NCBI GenBank assembly: GCA_005116775.1
Contig: SWDN01000013.1
Span: forward strand, 3,337-67,336
Source of the DNA: Nitrospira sp.
GTDB lineage: Bacteria; Nitrospirota; Nitrospiria; Nitrospirales; Nitrospiraceae
DNA length: 64,000 bases
Reading direction: 5' to 3'
Within the stretch, counting starts at the first letter, position 1, and every line of letters starts with the position of its first letter. Shown one piece after another: positions 56,503 through 64,000 of this stretch. The position numbers were made by a program, and so were the translations under genes. The notes beneath the pieces were generated by a model that was given only the letters and a program-made list of their open reading frames with translations, did no database searches and was not told where the DNA came from.

Positions 56503-57894
56503 ATGATTGACGGTATGTCAATTGGTGTGGGGCTTCTCGTTGGAGGTCTTCTCGGTGCGGTGATCGTTGGGCTCGTGATGGCAGCCCGCGTACGAGCGAA
56601 CGTGCAAGCACAATTGCAGGCCGCCGGCGAACGGGCGCAGCGGGCAGAGTCGCTTGCAGAAGAGTTGCGACGCCAGGCATTACAAGATCGTCTTGACCTC
56701 GATCGAGTCAGACTGGAACTCTCGGAAGCGTCTCAGTCTCGCGCAGTGGCGGAGACGAAGGCTGCTGAAGCGGCGCTCCATCTCAACGAACAAAAAACGC
56801 TGTTGGGCCAGGCCAGGCAAGAACTGTCCGAGACCTTCCAGGCGCTCTCCGGCGAAGCCCTCAAGCAGAACAATGAAGCCTTTCTAAACCTTGCGCGCAG
56901 CTCATTCGAAACGCTTCAATCAGAGGCCAAAGGCGATCTCGCCCAGCGACAACAGGCGATCGATAGTCTGGTCAAACCTCTCCAAGACTCGCTGTCTCGA
57001 TACGACGACCAACTCCGGCAGCTGGAACAATCGAGGCAAGCCGCCTATGGAGGCCTCGATCAACATCTCAAGCTCCTGACCGAGTCGCAGCAACGGTTGC
57101 AGTCGGAGACCGGCAACCTGGTGAAGGCGCTCCGCGCTCCGGCCATTCGCGGCCAGTGGGGGGAGATCACGCTGAAGCGTGTGGCCGAGTTGTCCGGCAT
57201 GGTGGCGCATTGCGACTTTTTCGAGCAGGAGTCCATCACGGTCGAGGGTGGCCGGCTCCGTCCCGACATGGTGGTTCAATTACCGGGTGGGCGACAGATC
57301 ATTGTGGACGCCAAGACCGTGCTGGCAGGCTATCTGGATGCGCATGAAGCGTCGACCGAGGAGCAGCGTCTTGAAGGGATGCGGCGTCATGCCGCCCAAG
57401 TGCGATCGCGCATGGATGAGTTGAGCGTGAAAGCCTATTGGAATCAATTTGCGCAGACGCCGGAATTTGTCGTGCTGTTTTTGCCGGGCGAACAGTTTCT
57501 TGGCGCAGCGCTAGAGCATGATCCTCGGCTCATCGAAGATGGGTTTCTTCGAAGTGTCGTTCTTGCCACTCCCACGACCCTCATGGCGCTCTTACGGGCA
57601 GTCGCCTATGGATGGCGACAAGAGCGATTGACGGAGCATGCCGAAGAGGCGGGCCGATTAGGAAAGGATCTGTACGAACGGATGGCTGTGTTGACAGAGC
57701 ATTTAAACGACGTCGGGCAGGCGCTTGGGAAAAGTGTCTTGGCGTACAACAAGGTGATCGGATCGCTTGAAACGAGAGTGCTGCCTGCAGCCCGTCGGTT
57801 CAAGGAACTTGGAGTCTCCTCTGAGAAAGAGATTCCCATGTTGGACCCAGTGGAACTGGTCTCTCGTAAGGCATTGCCATTTGATAGCGAATAA
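56503..57894 (+). CDS. rmuC: DNA recombination protein RmuC
   Basis: N-terminal TM, a long coiled coil, then the RmuC nuclease-like core 'RPDMVVQLPGGRQIIVDAKT...FVVLFLPGEQF'. Confidence 0.85.
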   Translation: MIDGMSIGVGLLVGGLLGAVIVGLVMAARVRANVQAQLQAAGERAQRAESLAEELRRQALQDRLDLDRVRLELSEASQSRAVAETKAAEAALHLNEQKTLLGQARQELSETFQALSGEALKQNNEAFLNLARSSFETLQSEAKGDLAQRQQAIDSLVKPLQDSLSRYDDQLRQLEQSRQAAYGGLDQHLKLLTESQQRLQSETGNLVKALRAPAIRGQWGEITLKRVAELSGMVAHCDFFEQESITVEGGRLRPDMVVQLPGGRQIIVDAKTVLAGYLDAHEASTEEQRLEGMRRHAAQVRSRMDELSVKAYWNQFAQTPEFVVLFLPGEQFLGAALEHDPRLIEDGFLRSVVLATPTTLMALLRAVAYGWRQERLTEHAEEAGRLGKDLYERMAVLTEHLNDVGQALGKSVLAYNKVIGSLETRVLPAARRFKELGVSSEKEIPMLDPVELVSRKALPFDSE

Positions 57895-57904
57895 GGAGTC
57901 CCTG

Positions 57905-58306
57905 ATGGCTGGAGAACAGGCGATGGTAGAAACCTTTCACCGGACCTTCGATATCGTGGTCAATTCAGCTCCGGCGGTCGTCGACGGGCGAACGCGCGAA
58001 TTGCGCGTCAAACTCATTCAGGAAGAGTTCGATGAGTTGAAAGAAGCCCTTGCCTCAGAAGATCTTTCCTCCATTGCCAAGGAGATGGCCGACCTCCTCT
58101 ATGTCGTCTACGGTACCGCGGTGTCCTACGGCATCGATATGAACCCCGTCTTTCGAGAGGTTCATCGGTCCAACATGAGCAAGGTCGGCGGCTATAAACG
58201 TGAAGATGGGAAATGGGTGAAGCCGGCTACGTACTCGCCGGCCAGCATTCACCCGATTGTAATGGAGCAGAGGTCTGCGGAGGGTGAGGTCAGTTCAGGC
58301 TTATGA
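57905..58306 (+). CDS. MazG-like all-alpha nucleoside-triphosphate pyrophosphohydrolase, 133 aa
   Basis: 'KLIQEEFDELKEAL...EMADLLYVVYG' is an EExxE...D metal motif. AAGGAG overlaps the rmuC stop. Confidence 0.6.
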   Translation: MAGEQAMVETFHRTFDIVVNSAPAVVDGRTRELRVKLIQEEFDELKEALASEDLSSIAKEMADLLYVVYGTAVSYGIDMNPVFREVHRSNMSKVGGYKREDGKWVKPATYSPASIHPIVMEQRSAEGEVSSGL

Positions 58307-58812
58307 GAGAGTTGCATTGTCCGGTTTGTGCCTCTTCATTCGTTCGTGCGACCTACCAAGAAGGTAGGGCTGAGCGGCTCGTAAGCCATTTTAATATTTT
58401 TCCGTTTCGATGCCAGTTGTGCACAAACCGGTTTCGCGCGTTTTATTCCGGCGGGCGCCACAACACGCAGGCCTTTGATCGGCGCCAATACACACGTCTC
58501 TCAGCCTCCATCGAGGCCCAGGTCCTCGACTACAAGCAGCCGATCGTGATCAATCGAATCACCAATATCTCAATGGATGGCTGCACTCTGCAGGCGACGG
58601 GGTTCCCGAAGGGGGCTTTTCTCGAATTGGTTTTGAAGCCGACTATGGAGGAAGAGGCGATCCGTATCGAAACGGCGATGGTCTGTTCCGTTCGCCCGTC
58701 ATCGATAGGGGTTCGTTTCCTGGAGATCCCACCGGAGCATTACCGCCGTTTGGCGCAGATCGTCCTCGGTCTCTTAGTCGGTCAAGGCCTCGGTCCCACG
58801 CTCAACGCGTAG
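58303..58812 (+). CDS. Zinc-ribbon + PilZ-domain protein
   Basis: 'CPVCASS...CQLCTNRF' is followed by 'RQYTR' (RxxxR) and 'NISMDG' (NxSxxG). ATGA overlap with the upstream gene. Confidence 0.65.
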   Translation: MRELHCPVCASSFVRATYQEGRAERLVSHFNIFPFRCQLCTNRFRAFYSGGRHNTQAFDRRQYTRLSASIEAQVLDYKQPIVINRITNISMDGCTLQATGFPKGAFLELVLKPTMEEEAIRIETAMVCSVRPSSIGVRFLEIPPEHYRRLAQIVLGLLVGQGLGPTLNA

Positions 58813-59674
58813 TACGACTCTTTCCAGCCTGCCTGTTCACCAGCAGATTATCAATGAGGCGGATCGACCCGATCCGGACTGCGCCCAAGAGTACCGCACG
58901 AGTGACGACGACAGGCAACGGCTCCAGACTGTCCGGGTCGCAGACGGCCAGATATTCGACATGCATGTCAGGTGCTTGTTCGACGGTCTGACGCATACGC
59001 TGCTCAATCGTCGCCGCATCGAGTATTCCACCCACAATCATCTGTTTGCCGGCTTGAAGAGCCTGAGAGAGCAAGGGGGCAACCCGACGTTCGTCGGCGC
59101 TGAGATAGACGTTGCGCGAACTCATCGCGAGCCCATCGCGCTCTCTGACCGTCGGGCGCACCTGAATCGCCACGCCCAGACTCAGATCGTGCACAAGCCG
59201 CCGAACGAGCGCCGCTTGTTGGTAATCTTTCTGGCCGAACAAGGCGAGATGGGGTCGCACGATTCCAAAGAGTTTTGTCACCACCGTGGCGACACCGGCG
59301 AAGTGATGGGGTCTGGCTGTTCCTTCCCATCGGCGCGCAATTGCCGGTACGGTCACGGTCGTTTGAAACCCGTCGGGGTACATGGCCGGGGCCGTGGGTT
59401 CAAAACAGACATCCACCCCTTCCTCGCGGCACAGGGCTCGATCACGGGTAATCGGACGAGGATAGGTGGACAGGTCTTCGGTCTGGCTGAACTGTGTCGG
59501 ATTCACGAAGATGCTCACGACCAGCGCATCGCACTGTAATCGTGCCGCGTGAATGAGGGAGCGATGGCCGTCATGCAGAGCCCCCATCGTAGGCACAAGC
59601 CCAATGGTCACACCTTCTCGGCGTAACCGTTCACTCCATACAGTTATGGAGTGTGGGGTGCGGATAATCTTCAT
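58802..59674 (-). CDS. panC: Pantoate--beta-alanine ligase
   Basis: 'GLVPTMGALHDGH' and 'FGQKDYQQ'. ATG 59674 overlaps the folK stop (ATGA). Confidence 0.9.
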   Translation of the reverse strand: MKIIRTPHSITVWSERLRREGVTIGLVPTMGALHDGHRSLIHAARLQCDALVVSIFVNPTQFSQTEDLSTYPRPITRDRALCREEGVDVCFEPTAPAMYPDGFQTTVTVPAIARRWEGTARPHHFAGVATVVTKLFGIVRPHLALFGQKDYQQAALVRRLVHDLSLGVAIQVRPTVRERDGLAMSSRNVYLSADERRVAPLLSQALQAGKQMIVGGILDAATIEQRMRQTVEQAPDMHVEYLAVCDPDSLEPLPVVVTRAVLLGAVRIGSIRLIDNLLVNRQAGKSRTTR

Positions 59675-60225
59675 AAGCCTGGAGGTGGGCTGCAAGAAGG
59701 GCGAGACCCATAGCGGGTTGAGGGTTGGGGAAACAGGAGGCGGACTTCCGGCTGCTTCCCTGTCTCAGCGAGTAATTGGCCGATTGTACGCTGGAGTAGA
59801 GGATGTACGAAGAGCGGATCGAGTTCACTCAACGGCATGAGGACAAATCGGCGTTGATGCATGCGAGGATGCGGCACCACGAGATCCGGCTCGTTGATGA
59901 TGTGTTGGCCGTACAACAAGATGTCCAGATCGATGGTTCTGGGGCCTGATCGGTTCTCCTCCTCCCGGCCGAGTGCGCGCTCGATTTCACGGAGTATATC
60001 CAAGAGGCTCTTGGGTGTGACATCTGTCTCAAGCTGAACGACGCCGTTCAAGAACCAGCCGTCGCCAGGTTGGGCATGATCGAGCACAGGCTCGGTCTCA
60101 TACAGCAATGAGATCCCCGCAACGTGCGAGTGTGGCAACAGGCTCAGCAACGTCACCGCACGGTCGCAGAAGTCGACTCGATCGCCGACGTTCGAGCCAA
60201 ATCCGATGAACACCGTTTCACGCAT
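59671..60225 (-). CDS. folK: 2-amino-4-hydroxy-6-hydroxymethyldihydropterin pyrophosphokinase (HPPK)
   Basis: 'VFIGFGSNVGDR', 'IDLDILLYG' and 'VPHPRMHQRRFVLMPL'. The start is set at ATG 60225. The GTG at 60300 would translate the heptamer repeat region. Confidence 0.85.
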   Translation of the reverse strand: MRETVFIGFGSNVGDRVDFCDRAVTLLSLLPHSHVAGISLLYETEPVLDHAQPGDGWFLNGVVQLETDVTPKSLLDILREIERALGREEENRSGPRTIDLDILLYGQHIINEPDLVVPHPRMHQRRFVLMPLSELDPLFVHPLLQRTIGQLLAETGKQPEVRLLFPQPSTRYGSRPSCSPPPGL

Positions 60226-60227
60226 AT

Positions 60228-60315
60228 CGGTGATGGGTGATCTGTGATCAGTGATAGGTGACAAGGAAATGAGGCCGGTCCGGCGCTCATCACCCTTCAC
60301 TCGTCACGCATCACT
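60228..60315. repeat. Two inverted arrays of phased heptamers (5 x NNGTGAY and 4 x CNTCACN) separated by 25 nt
   Basis: Plus strand, first array: CGGTGAT GGGTGAT CTGTGAT CAGTGAT AGGTGAC (60228-60262). The spacer contains GCCGG-T-CCGGC. Second array: CATCACC CTTCACT CGTCACG CATCACT (60288-60315). Confidence 0.85.
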
Positions 60316-61489
60316 AGAACCCAGCCTTCTTAATCCGTTCCACCGCCTCCGCCAATCGCTCTTTCGACGTGCAGACCGTCATTCTGATATATCCTTCACC
60401 AGGCGCGCCGAAGCCGTTGCCAGGCGTCGTCACGATTCCAGCTTTCTCCAGCAAGTGAGCCGTGAAAGAAGCGGAGGTGTATCCCTTCGGTACCGTGACC
60501 CAGATGTAGAAGGCGGCTGGAGGAGGATCGACTTCAAGCCCCAGCTGTTTGAGACCTGGGACGAGGGTATCGCGCCGCTCCTGATAGATTTTGCGCAATC
60601 CATCCGTCACAGAATCATCCAGGCTCAGTGCAGTGATTCCTGCCTCCTGAATAGCTTCGAAACAGCCTGAGTCCAGATTGCTCTTCACCTTGCCGAGTCC
60701 AGCGAGGACTTGCTTGTGCCCGACGGCAAATCCGATGCGCCAGCCGGTCATGTTGTACGTCTTCGACAGCGAGTGGAACTCGATCCCCACATCCTTTGCG
60801 CCATCCACTTCCATGAAGCTTGCAGGAGGCTTCCCATCGTAGAAAATCTCCGAATAGGCTGCGTCGTGGCAGACGATAATCTGGTTCTCCTGGGCAAAAT
60901 CCACCACTCGCTTAAAGTAGTCCTTGCTCATGATGACCGACGTCGGGTTGTTCGGCGAATTCAGGAACATCAGCTTCGCCTTTTTTGCCACATCTTTGGG
61001 GATCGCATTTAGATCTGGCAAGAATCCGTTCTGTTTCGTGAGTGGCATGAGGTGCGAGACGCCTCCGGCGAAGCTGGTCCCGACGGGATAGACTGGATAG
61101 CCGGGGCTCGGAACGAGCACGATATCTCCTGGATCGACAAACGCGAGAGGAATATGGCCGATGCCTTCCTTTGAGCCGATCAGTGTCAGGACTTCATCTG
61201 TCGGATCGAGGGTTACATTGAACCGCCGCTTGTACCAATCGGCGACGGCTTTCCGGAACGACAGCATGCCTTCATACGAAGGATACTGGTGATGCTTCGA
61301 GTCTTTGGCTGCCTTGCCGAGGCTCTCGACGATCGGCGCCGGCGTCGGCAAATCCGGATCGCCGATGCCGAGGTTGATGATATCGACTCCCCGTGCAATC
61401 GCCGCTTGCTTCATCTTGTCGATGGCGGCGAACAGATACGGGGGGAGCGTCTTGATTCTGGTGGCAGCTTCGATCGGGAAACCAGACAT
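60314..61489 (-). CDS. dapL: LL-diaminopimelate aminotransferase-like class I PLP aminotransferase
   Basis: 'IKTLPPYLFAAIDK...GVDIINLGIGDPDLPTP' and 'SLSKTYNMTGWRIG'. ATG 61489 is preceded by AAGGAG. Confidence 0.7.
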   Translation of the reverse strand: MSGFPIEAATRIKTLPPYLFAAIDKMKQAAIARGVDIINLGIGDPDLPTPAPIVESLGKAAKDSKHHQYPSYEGMLSFRKAVADWYKRRFNVTLDPTDEVLTLIGSKEGIGHIPLAFVDPGDIVLVPSPGYPVYPVGTSFAGGVSHLMPLTKQNGFLPDLNAIPKDVAKKAKLMFLNSPNNPTSVIMSKDYFKRVVDFAQENQIIVCHDAAYSEIFYDGKPPASFMEVDGAKDVGIEFHSLSKTYNMTGWRIGFAVGHKQVLAGLGKVKSNLDSGCFEAIQEAGITALSLDDSVTDGLRKIYQERRDTLVPGLKQLGLEVDPPPAAFYIWVTVPKGYTSASFTAHLLEKAGIVTTPGNGFGAPGEGYIRMTVCTSKERLAEAVERIKKAGF

Positions 61490-61636
61490 GTTGAGTCGAA
61501 CTCCTTTCATTGGGACCATTCAGCCGACAGCAATTATATTTCTCAGGCCCACACTCCGGCTCCGTCTCTCTCCCCACAGGGGAAATGCGCAGGCGAGATG
61601 GAGAGGCAGTAGGGTACTAGAGAAGAAGCGTGGCAA

Positions 61637-62326
61637 TCAACGTGGCGTTGACACGAGATGGCCGATGAGCCGATGGGCGATCTCGTGAGACAACCACATG
61701 TGAGGGAGCGCGCCCATCAAGACTTGTTGCGCAGTCAATTGTGCACGGGCTAGATCCGGCCCGCATTCACGACAGAGCGCATCGATACCCTCGGTTTCGA
61801 CTTCCACATGGAATAATAATCCGTAGGCGCGCGAGCCGAATCGAAAGGCTTGGAGTGGCGCAATTTCAGAACCGGCCAGGGCCACGCAATCCTGTGGCAA
61901 GTCGAAGACTTCCCCGTGCCATTCGAACACCGACAGGGCTTCAGGAAAGCTTCCGAAAACCGGGTCTTTCTTTCCTTCTTCGGTTAAATGGATACGCGTC
62001 TTGCCGATCTCCAGGGCACGACCGGGCCGCACCGCGGCGCCGAGCGCTTTAGCCATCAGCTGGCTGCCCAGACAGACTCCAAGCACAGCCTTGCCGGCGA
62101 GGATCGCGGATCGAATGAACGCCGTTTCCTCTGCTATCCACTGATCGGAGTCATTGACCGACATCGGTCCACCCATCACAATCAGCAGGTCGCCAGGATC
62201 AGACGGCAATCCATCCTTTGGCACAAGGTAATAGTCGAGCGAGACGCCGAGATTCGTCAGCGCCGTCGCGAAGGCTCCGGGTCCCTCAAAGGGAACGTGT
62301 TTCAGGCAAACTGCGCGCATTGACAC
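61637..62326 (-). CDS. Class I glutamine amidotransferase (GMP-synthase-like GATase domain only)
   Basis: Nucleophile elbow 'VLGVCLGSQLMA' and a later 'FHVE' His/Glu. Confidence 0.75.
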   Translation of the reverse strand: MSMRAVCLKHVPFEGPGAFATALTNLGVSLDYYLVPKDGLPSDPGDLLIVMGGPMSVNDSDQWIAEETAFIRSAILAGKAVLGVCLGSQLMAKALGAAVRPGRALEIGKTRIHLTEEGKKDPVFGSFPEALSVFEWHGEVFDLPQDCVALAGSEIAPLQAFRFGSRAYGLLFHVEVETEGIDALCRECGPDLARAQLTAQQVLMGALPHMWLSHEIAHRLIGHLVSTPR

Positions 62327-62418
62327 CTCAGGGAAATCGAACTAGGCTTCAAACACGCTCAGATATACCGTGCTTGAAGCGGCAACTTCAAGCATGACTT
62401 CTGAGGTGCAAGACCTCG

Positions 62419-62787
62419 ATGTCTTCAGAAATGAAAATGCTGAAGGAGCTAGGTTGCCTTAGCGCAATGACATTGATCAAATACTCCACAATTCTGATTG
62501 GCGCTGTCTTTCTCCTCGAGTCGCATTCCCTAGCGGCTTCGGAGTGGTTCCTCATGTCTCGTCACGGGGAATGTATGGAGGTTCAAAGTCTGAAACGAAA
62601 ATTTCCCGACCTGGGTGAGATTCGAGATCCATCGACGTTTGCGAAGCTCATGCGCGAGAAAGGATATCGAGTGACGGTGAACGAGGTCTCGACGCCTATT
62701 GGAAAGGCGATGGAGGTGAGCGTGCAGGAGCGAGAACTGTCCTTGATGTTTGTCACGCCAGAAGTCTGTCAGGCCGGAAATAGATAG
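62419..62787 (+). CDS. Secreted hypothetical protein, about 100-122 aa
   Basis: Hydrophobic signal-like segment 'ILIGAVFLLESHSLAA'. I recognise no family. Confidence 0.45.
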   Translation: MSSEMKMLKELGCLSAMTLIKYSTILIGAVFLLESHSLAASEWFLMSRHGECMEVQSLKRKFPDLGEIRDPSTFAKLMREKGYRVTVNEVSTPIGKAMEVSVQERELSLMFVTPEVCQAGNR

Positions 62788-62925
62788 CACGCCGGATTCC
62801 AACCCTTCCCACCTTGTCGAAACATATCGTCGAATGACGTGATAGACGCCCGCCTTTTCAGAATTTATAATAGTGGGGATTCAGGCAGTCACGGTGGTTT
62901 CAGCAGCCTGTTAGGCGGAGGACAC

Positions 62926-63129
62926 ATGTCATTCCAGACCGATGAACAGCAACAGACTCAGCTTGAGCTAGAGGGATTGAAGCGAACGCTGGAGTGGACG
63001 GAGATTCAGCGGGAGCAGCTCTTGGATCGCTTGGATCTGCTTCGGCTTGAAAACGCCCGTCTGCAAGATCAGGTCGAGGAGTTGGAGCACCGGATAGATA
63101 ATCTTAAGCAGCAACAGCCGTTGTTCTAG
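62926..63129 (+). CDS. Small coiled-coil protein, 67 aa
   Basis: ATG 62926 is preceded by GGAGG. A Leu/Glu/Gln heptad pattern runs throughout ('LDRLDLLRLENARLQDQVEELEHRIDNLKQQ'). Confidence 0.45.
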   Translation: MSFQTDEQQQTQLELEGLKRTLEWTEIQREQLLDRLDLLRLENARLQDQVEELEHRIDNLKQQQPLF

Positions 63130-63157
63130 CACGACTCGGTAAGATGATTCGGAGTTC

Positions 63158-63991
63158 GTGCGCATCCATTCTATGAAATCCCATGTGTCAAATATCGAAG
63201 ACCTGCGCTGGTTGCTGGGCCATACCGGCGGGTTCCGCGGCGGCTACGTGACGGATGTGCAGGTGTCGAAGCGACGCCTGTTGGACGAAGCGTCTGGCCG
63301 CGAGGTACCGGCGGGAACGACGGTCACGGTCGTAATCCGCTATCGTATTCGCCAAATGGCTCGCGTCGCGAAGCTGACAATGATCGGCGTGACTGATTTC
63401 TCGATGTTCGAGCAAGAAGGAGCCGATTGCTCAACGCTGGGGGTGATCCAAGCGGAGCTGACCGATGGGAAGCTTCGTTTCTGGTTCGATCCACAGGGCG
63501 AGCTCTATGTCGTGTGCGAAGAGGCGCAACTGGAAGAAGTGGCGGCGCCGAGCCTCGAACTCCTGTCGTTGGAGCAGGTCGCGCAATGGACCTTTCAAAG
63601 TGAGATGTCGGATTGGCCGACGATACAATGGCTCTTGGCGGAACTGGATGTGGCGGGTGTTCCCTGCACCTGGCGGGCCACGACCGTATCACCTGGACGT
63701 CATCCTTCCATTCAGTGGGAAGGAGATCTGCTCCCGGCGTCGATGCAGGGAGCCGCAAGTGGCATGGGGGTGCACTGTACGTTGTACGGGCCGCTCGATG
63801 GACCAGGGTTCGGTGTGGTATTGCGGGTTCGTGGAGTGCAGGATCGGCGGACCGGTCAGGTGCTTTCGACTCTGGCCGACCTGATTGCCCAACGGTTTTC
63901 CGGCCAGTGTTTGGTGGGGAACACGATCATCCCTGGCGGGGAATGGCAGAATTGGAAATCATTTGAACAGCAACGTGGGGCTGATGAGTAG
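63158..63991 (+). CDS. Hypothetical protein, about 272-277 aa
   Basis: Long clean ORF. The start is uncertain (GTG 63158 or ATG 63173). I recognise no family. Confidence 0.5.
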   Translation: MRIHSMKSHVSNIEDLRWLLGHTGGFRGGYVTDVQVSKRRLLDEASGREVPAGTTVTVVIRYRIRQMARVAKLTMIGVTDFSMFEQEGADCSTLGVIQAELTDGKLRFWFDPQGELYVVCEEAQLEEVAAPSLELLSLEQVAQWTFQSEMSDWPTIQWLLAELDVAGVPCTWRATTVSPGRHPSIQWEGDLLPASMQGAASGMGVHCTLYGPLDGPGFGVVLRVRGVQDRRTGQVLSTLADLIAQRFSGQCLVGNTIIPGGEWQNWKSFEQQRGADE

Positions 63992-64000
63992 TGCGAAGAA

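Noticed and set aside
60228-60315. Heptamer arrays considered as a CRISPR or a coding repeat. The GTG at 60300 would translate them as 'SPITDHRSPITD'.
   Set aside because: The repeat unit is only 7 nt with no spacers, so it is not a CRISPR. Seven is not a multiple of three, and HPPK homology starts at the ATG at 60225, so it is non-coding.

Overview
This is a gene-dense 64-kb window of roughly 55-60% GC bacterial chromosome with about 70 protein genes. I found no rRNA, tRNA or CRISPR array. Most of it is core anabolism in long co-directional operons:
- An aromatic amino-acid supraoperon, pheA-hisC-aroF-tyrA-aroA-cmk-plsC-rpsA-sppA-ihfB (8.1-17.9 kb).
- aroE-aroK, and methionine-salvage genes mtnB-mtnD-mtnC.
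- argD-argF-argG-argH followed by a small lipoprotein, a lysA remnant, dapA and dapB.
- dapL-folK-panC.
- Housekeeping genes: rpoD, gdhA, lipB, trmI, ttcA, gpmA, tal, udg, rmuC.

The gene content fits a Nitrospira-like chemolithoautotroph, but that is a guess I cannot verify.

Items worth a second look:
1. An expanded DAB-type inorganic-carbon pump locus at the left edge (1-7054). It has two DabB/NuoL-like paralogues, a third degenerate antiporter-like subunit, a long DabA/DUF2309 with the beta-carbonic-anhydrase-like Zn ligands, and a PII-like gene.
2. Three gene-internal breakpoints. They are a 5'-truncated ruvB at about 7264, an in-frame internal deletion of lysA at 47111/47112, and a lytic-transglycosylase/glycerate-kinase junction at about 52466. 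They indicate either real deletions or assembly/gap artefacts.
3. A translationally coupled Zn-metallopeptidase + Ddl-like ATP-grasp pair of unknown function (36545-38625).
4. A roughly 200-bp MITE-like palindrome with terminal inverted repeats and a possible target-site duplication (56183-56389).
5. Two inverted arrays of phased heptamers between dapL and folK (60228-60315).
6. A protein made of four PCP_red-like repeats (17873-18874).
7. A rifampicin-phosphotransferase-like PEP-utilising enzyme (53497-56160).

All calls rest on reading the ORF translations and the nucleotide sequence by eye. No database search was run.
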